The notes under the pieces are model-generated. The model saw nothing but the letters and a program-made list of their open reading frames with translations. It was not told where the DNA came from and did not search any database. A stretch of DNA of 64,000 nucleotides from Prevotella sp. (GTDB lineage: Bacteria > Bacteroidota > Bacteroidia > Bacteroidales > Bacteroidaceae). Position 1 is the stretch's first letter. Every line of letters starts with the position of its first letter. Made by a program: the position numbers and the translations under genes. Where the stretch lies: the NCBI GenBank assembly GCA_017541085.1, contig JAFXZU010000023.1:17030-81029 (forward strand), in the 5' to 3' direction. This document shows positions 59,538-64,000 of the stretch, piece after piece.

Positions 59538-61535
59538 ATGAGACATTTTTTGACAATAGCATTACTTGCTTTATCTTCTTTCCTATGCACCGCACACGCT
59601 GGCTCGTTCGAGGCAGGGAAAGGTACGTTTCTGCTTAACGGCAAGCCATTTACGGTAAAGGCTGCCGAGTTGCATTACGCCCGCATTCCTCGTCCCTACT
59701 GGGAGCATCGCATCAAGATGTGCAAGGCGCTGGGCATGAACACCATCTGTATATACATCTTCTGGAACAAGCACGAGCAGCGCGAGGGCGTGTTCAACTG
59801 GAGTGACGACTGTGACATTGCGGCTTTCTGCCGTCTGTGCCAGAAGAACGGCATGTACGTCATAGTGCGTCCCGGACCTTATGTATGTGCTGAGTGGGAG
59901 ATGGGCGGACTGCCTTGGTGGCTGCTCAAGAAGCGTGACATATCGCTGCGCGACTGCGACCCTTACTTCCTTGAGTGCGTGAAGCGCTTCGAGACCGAGG
60001 TGGGCAAGCAGCTGGCTCCGCTTACCATAGAGAACGGCGGTCCTATCATCATGATGCAGGTGGAGAACGAGTACGGCTCCTACGCCGAGAACAAGCCTTA
60101 CGTCAGTGAGGTGCGCGACATACTGCGCTCCGTAGGCTTCGACAAGACGGTGCTCTTCCAGTGCGACTGGTCAAGCAATTTCGAGATGAATGCCCTGCCT
60201 GACCTTCTCTGGACCATGAACTTCGGCACCAGCGCCAAGGTGCTCGACCAGTTCAAGCGCGTGAAGCAACTGCGCCCTGACCAGCCGCTGATGTGCTCCG
60301 AGTACTGGAGCGGATGGTTTGACGGATGGGGCACGTCTCACCAGACTCGTCCTTATGACGCCATGGTCAATGGCATCAAGACTATGCTCGACAACAATAT
60401 CTCTTTCTCTCTGTATATGGCTCACGGCGGTACGTCATTCGCACAGTGGGCGGGTGCCAACAACAAGGGCTTCGCCCCTGACTGCACCAGCTACGACTAT
60501 GACGCTCCTATCAACGAGCAGGGTGCCGCCACTGAGAAGTATTACAAGCTGCGCGAGCTGCTGCAGGGCTATTCTGACACCAAACTGCCCGACGTGCCCA
60601 AGCCGATGCCAATAATACAGATTCCAGAGGTGAGGTTTGACCACATGATGCCTCTGCTGAGGGCTGGCAATATGCCCGAGCCTGTGTCTTCACACGACGT
60701 GATGCCGATGGAGCAGTATGACCTGGGCTACGGCAGCATACTCTACTCTACCACCATGCCTGCGGTAAAGGCGGGCACCTTGTTGCAGATTAACGATATG
60801 TGCGACTATGCCATCGTATATGTGAACGACAAGAAGGTTGGCGAGCTCTATCGTGGCAACGGTTATGAGACGACGCTGCGCCTCCCTGAGGATGTGGCCG
60901 AAGGCAGTTCTCTCGACATTTTCATCGAGGCAATGGGACGCATCAACTATTCTAAGCTCATCAATGACCCTAAGGGCATAACACGCAGCGTGGAACTGCT
61001 TACCTCTAACGGCAAGGACGAGGTGACTTACAACCTCAAGGACTGGAAGGTCTATCGCTTCCCTATATATGACGACGCTGCCTCTATCGACAGTCTCGCC
61101 GACAACATGAGCGCCATACCGGGCACCGGTTCTGCCGGCACCCCTGCATACTACAAGGCTTCGTTCACGCTGAAGAAGACGGGCGACACCTATCTCGACA
61201 TGAGCTCATGGGGCAAGGGCCTTGTATGGGTTAACGGCCACTGTCTGGGACGCTTCTGGAACGTAGGACCACAACAGACGCTCTTCCTGCCTGGCTGCTG
61301 GCTCAAGAAAGGCAAGAACAGGGTTGTGGTTCTCGACATCACTGGGCCTGCCAAGGCTTCGCTGCGCGGACTGGCTGAGCCTGTCGTTGACCAGCTGCAC
61401 CGTGAGTTCCTGCCTAAGGATGCTGTCAAGGGCAAGGCGCTGAAGGAGGCGCTCGCCGGTAGGGCAGGCGCTCCTAAGACCAAGGCTGCCGCTGATGGCG
61501 GACAGGGTAACGATGCCGCACCTGGTGCCAAGTAA
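59538..61535 (+). CDS. Glycoside hydrolase family 35 beta-galactosidase
   Basis: AELHYARIP, RPGPYVCAEWEMGG, QVENEYG, SEYWSGWFD, TSYDYDAP, GPQQTL motifs. Start placed at MRHFL (signal peptide). Confidence 0.95.
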   Translation: MRHFLTIALLALSSFLCTAHAGSFEAGKGTFLLNGKPFTVKAAELHYARIPRPYWEHRIKMCKALGMNTICIYIFWNKHEQREGVFNWSDDCDIAAFCRLCQKNGMYVIVRPGPYVCAEWEMGGLPWWLLKKRDISLRDCDPYFLECVKRFETEVGKQLAPLTIENGGPIIMMQVENEYGSYAENKPYVSEVRDILRSVGFDKTVLFQCDWSSNFEMNALPDLLWTMNFGTSAKVLDQFKRVKQLRPDQPLMCSEYWSGWFDGWGTSHQTRPYDAMVNGIKTMLDNNISFSLYMAHGGTSFAQWAGANNKGFAPDCTSYDYDAPINEQGAATEKYYKLRELLQGYSDTKLPDVPKPMPIIQIPEVRFDHMMPLLRAGNMPEPVSSHDVMPMEQYDLGYGSILYSTTMPAVKAGTLLQINDMCDYAIVYVNDKKVGELYRGNGYETTLRLPEDVAEGSSLDIFIEAMGRINYSKLINDPKGITRSVELLTSNGKDEVTYNLKDWKVYRFPIYDDAASIDSLADNMSAIPGTGSAGTPAYYKASFTLKKTGDTYLDMSSWGKGLVWVNGHCLGRFWNVGPQQTLFLPGCWLKKGKNRVVVLDITGPAKASLRGLAEPVVDQLHREFLPKDAVKGKALKEALAGRAGAPKTKAAADGGQGNDAAPGAK

Positions 61536-61722
61536 CCGGTAATCAAGACTGACATTTTGTTACAAAAAAGGCTTTCATGCTTACACTTTGGTTTTCCCAA
61601 CCGCCATTTCCTTGCGATATTTGAAAATCAAATATCCGTGGCTGATTTTACGCGATTTTTCAGCTTTTATATAACTGTTTGAATATCAGCGTACGACAAA
61701 AACAGGGATTCGTCATAGCCTT

Positions 61723-61832
61723 GTAAAAGCTATCAAATCACGGTGTAAAAGCTATCACTTTACAGTGTGAAAGCTATCGAATGACGAGGTGAAAGCTATC
61801 GAATGACAGTGTAAAAGCTATCGAATGACACT
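61723..61832 (-). repeat. Tandem array of five degenerate 22-bp units (opposite orientation to the 15968 array)
   Basis: GTAAAAGCTATCAAATCACGGT / GTAAAAGCTATCACTTTACAGT / GTGAAAGCTATCGAATGACGAG / GTGAAAGCTATCGAATGACAGT / GTAAAAGCTATCGAATGACACT. Confidence 0.9.
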
Positions 61833-61877
61833 TCAGGGTGTGTTTTTGGATGATTTTCCACCACACAAACCATACAG

Positions 61878-61921
61878 AAAACGGAGATGCCGCTCTATTT
61901 CGGCATCTCCGTTTGTCTTTT
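61878..61921 (+). terminator. Hairpin/terminator downstream of GH35 and the array
   Basis: AAACGGAGATGCCG...CGGCATCTCCGTTT followed by GTCTTTT. Confidence 0.7.
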
Positions 61922-62013
61922 CCCAACTTTACACTTTGTAACCCAAAACACTGCTTTCCCTGACAAAATGTCCTGACATTGCAACGTCAGTGATAAAATA
62001 TAAATAAGTATTT

Positions 62014-62044
62014 TTTGTAATGTCGCAAAAACTTTGTAACTTTG
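62014..62044 (+). promoter_or_regulatory. Promoter of the small-ORF/DUF6169 pair
   Basis: TTTG (62014) - 19 nt - TAACTTTG (62037). Confidence 0.75.
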
Positions 62045-62073
62045 CTGAATAAGAAACATAAATAAGCATAATT

Positions 62074-62199
62074 ATGAAAGACAAAAAAGATGCTCTGACG
62101 TTCATAAAAGATATGATTAAACATAAACAGGAGTGGAAACAAGAGATAGAGACTGAGTTCTTACAAAAAGGAAAGAAAGTAAACGTCACACTCCTATGA
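62074..62199 (+). CDS. 41-aa helical small protein
   Basis: MKDKKDALTFIKDMIKHKQEWKQEIETEFLQKGKKVNVTLL; ATGA overlap with the next gene; directly after a promoter. Confidence 0.7.
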   Translation: MKDKKDALTFIKDMIKHKQEWKQEIETEFLQKGKKVNVTLL

Positions 62200-62687
62200 T
62201 AAGGTTGTCTCTTGAGCGAATCAACGCAAAATCTCCGTACGAAATCAAAGAAGCTCATGGAGGCTATGAATTTTGTACGGCCAATGGTGTCCTATACAGA
62301 CTGAGATTTTTGGAAGAGAATCCAATTGGAGGATGTGAGACTTACCAATTTGCTATTTCAAAGGTTGATGACACACACTCTGCCTATGACTCGAACATTA
62401 GCGCTGTGACATTCATCATCCTTGATGAATTCTTTACAGAGAATGAAAGTGTCTTACTATACTATTGTGATTCCTCTGATCACAGGGAGGCAGGGCGCAA
62501 CAGGTTATTCATACGTTGGTTTGAGAAAGCTGCCAATCCTAATCGTTTTACGATATGTACAACAAATACTGTTGTTGAAGGACAAGGCATCTACGTGGCT
62601 ATTATCGTTGAAAACCGGAATCCGCATTTAGACGATATCACAAAGGAATTTAACGAAACAGCTTCTGCTCTGAAGAAACCTGAATAA
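62196..62687 (+). CDS. DUF6169-like protein
   Basis: IL.EFF..NESVLLYYCDSSDHREAGRNRLFIRWF motif recalled as DUF6169; AT-rich. Confidence 0.7.
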   Translation: MIRLSLERINAKSPYEIKEAHGGYEFCTANGVLYRLRFLEENPIGGCETYQFAISKVDDTHSAYDSNISAVTFIILDEFFTENESVLLYYCDSSDHREAGRNRLFIRWFEKAANPNRFTICTTNTVVEGQGIYVAIIVENRNPHLDDITKEFNETASALKKPE

Positions 62688-62734
62688 TCAACAGAAAACA
62701 AGCAAATATAAATTAAACAAGTAACAATACTACA

Positions 62735-63442
62735 ATGAAATTCAAAAGAATATTACTGAAGCTCTCTGGTGAGAGCCTGCAAGGCAAGCAAGGACATGGT
62801 ATTGACACCGAGAGACTGAACGACTACGCACGACAGATAAAGGAGATAGCCGACATGGGCGTGGAGATTGGCATCGTTATTGGCGGTGGCAACATCTTCC
62901 GCGGACTCTCTGGCGCCGGCAAGGGCTTCGACCGCGTGAAGGGCGACCAGATGGGTATGTGCGCTACGGTTATCAATTCACTGGCGCTGTCATCAGCACT
63001 CGACGCTGCCGGTCAGAAGAACCGCGTGCTCACTGCCATACGCATGGAGCCTATCGGCGAGTTCTATACCAAGTGGAAGGCCATCGATGCCATGAAGCAG
63101 GGTGAGGTGGTCATCATGTCGGCTGGTACGGGCAACCCTTATTTCACCACCGATACAGGTTCTTCGCTGCGCGGCATAGAGATTGAGGCCGACGTAATGC
63201 TCAAGGGCACACGCGTGGACGGCATCTACACCGCCGACCCGGAGAAAGACCCTACGGCAACAAAGTTCCACGACATTACATATCAGGACGTGATAGCCAA
63301 GGGTCTGAAGGTGATGGACATCACAGCCACTGCCATGTGTATGCAGAACAACCTGCCTATCTATGTGTTTAACATGGACGTGGTGGGCAACCTGAAGAAG
63401 GTACTCGAGGGCGAGGAAATCGGAACTCTGGTACATAACTGA
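62735..63442 (+). CDS. pyrH: UMP kinase
   Basis: RILLKLSGE, GGGNIFRG, GTGNPYFTTD, VDGIYTADP motifs. Confidence 0.98.
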   Translation: MKFKRILLKLSGESLQGKQGHGIDTERLNDYARQIKEIADMGVEIGIVIGGGNIFRGLSGAGKGFDRVKGDQMGMCATVINSLALSSALDAAGQKNRVLTAIRMEPIGEFYTKWKAIDAMKQGEVVIMSAGTGNPYFTTDTGSSLRGIEIEADVMLKGTRVDGIYTADPEKDPTATKFHDITYQDVIAKGLKVMDITATAMCMQNNLPIYVFNMDVVGNLKKVLEGEEIGTLVHN

Positions 63443-63477
63443 ACACTATAAACCATAATTATCTACCTTAAACAACT

Positions 63478-64000
63478 ATGAAAACAGTAGAGATAAGATG
63501 TAAGAACACCGGGCATACAGAGAAATGCGAGGTCGGCAGCACGCTCAACGACTTTTTCTTCACGCTCGGCCTTGACCTGCCTTTGCCTCCTGTGGCGGCG
63601 AGAGTCAATAACGAACTGAAGAGCATGAACTACCGTGTGTTCACCAACAAGACGGTGGAGTTTATTGACATCACGCACCCTCTGGGACTGAAGATATACA
63701 CTCGCACATTGTTTTTCATTCTCTGCAAGGCCGTACACGACCTCTTCCCTGAAGGAAAGGTGAGGATTGAGTTCCCTGTAAGCAACGGCTACTACTGTCT
63801 GCTCAAGATAGGACGTGACGTTACGCCCGACGATGTGCATGACCTGAGGGCACAGATGGATTCCATCATTGCGGCTGCCATACCTATCAAGCGTCACCAC
63901 AGACCTGCCGAGGAAGTAATAGAGTTGTTCAGGAAAGAGGGCGACGAGTCTAAGGTGGAACTGCTGGAGACTCAGGGACGTATGTACTCGTCTTATTGTT
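63478..64000 (+). CDS. Nucleoside (uridine) kinase with TGS/ThrRS-like N-terminus, 5' part only
   Basis: Open frame MKTVEIRCKNT...ARVNNE...IYTRTLFFILCKAV...PVSNGYYC running off the window end. Confidence 0.82.
   Translation, partial: MKTVEIRCKNTGHTEKCEVGSTLNDFFFTLGLDLPLPPVAARVNNELKSMNYRVFTNKTVEFIDITHPLGLKIYTRTLFFILCKAVHDLFPEGKVRIEFPVSNGYYCLLKIGRDVTPDDVHDLRAQMDSIIAAAIPIKRHHRPAEEVIELFRKEGDESKVELLETQGRMYSSYC

Noticed and set aside
63463-63900. 145-aa minus-strand ORF
   Set aside because: It is antisense to the plus-strand nucleoside kinase frame starting at 63478, which the ORF track missed because it runs off the window end.

Overview
This 64 kb window is core chromosome of a Bacteroidales bacterium, most likely a Prevotella-like gut or rumen organism. 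That is an inference from gene content, TTTG-N19/20-TAnnTTTG promoters and T9SS-type C-termini. It holds mostly housekeeping and metabolic genes: rhaT-rhaD, ilvC, rpoZ-bamD, uvrB, a full trp operon with a WWW leader-peptide attenuator, rarA-dnaX, etfBA plus acyl-CoA dehydrogenase, proS, gyrA and pyrH. Scattered plant-glycan enzymes include GH95, a PL1 pectate lyase, GH35 and an esterase. I saw no rRNA, tRNA, CRISPR array, integrase or intact transposase. The most unusual locus (13064-15088) is a stand-alone divergent FtsZ/tubulin paralog outside the dcw cluster. It has an altered T7 loop and an amphipathic C-terminal tail, is translationally coupled to a probable winged-helix protein, and has a perfect palindrome against its promoter. 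Other notable items are a dispersed family of 22-bp-period quasi-palindromic arrays, four GC-rich REP-like elements sitting on stop codons, a 191-bp MITE, a circularly permuted trp operon with repeat-filled spacers, a low-GC pair of immunity-like genes, and two small ORFs missed by the ORF track. All family assignments come from motif recognition and recall; no database searches were run.
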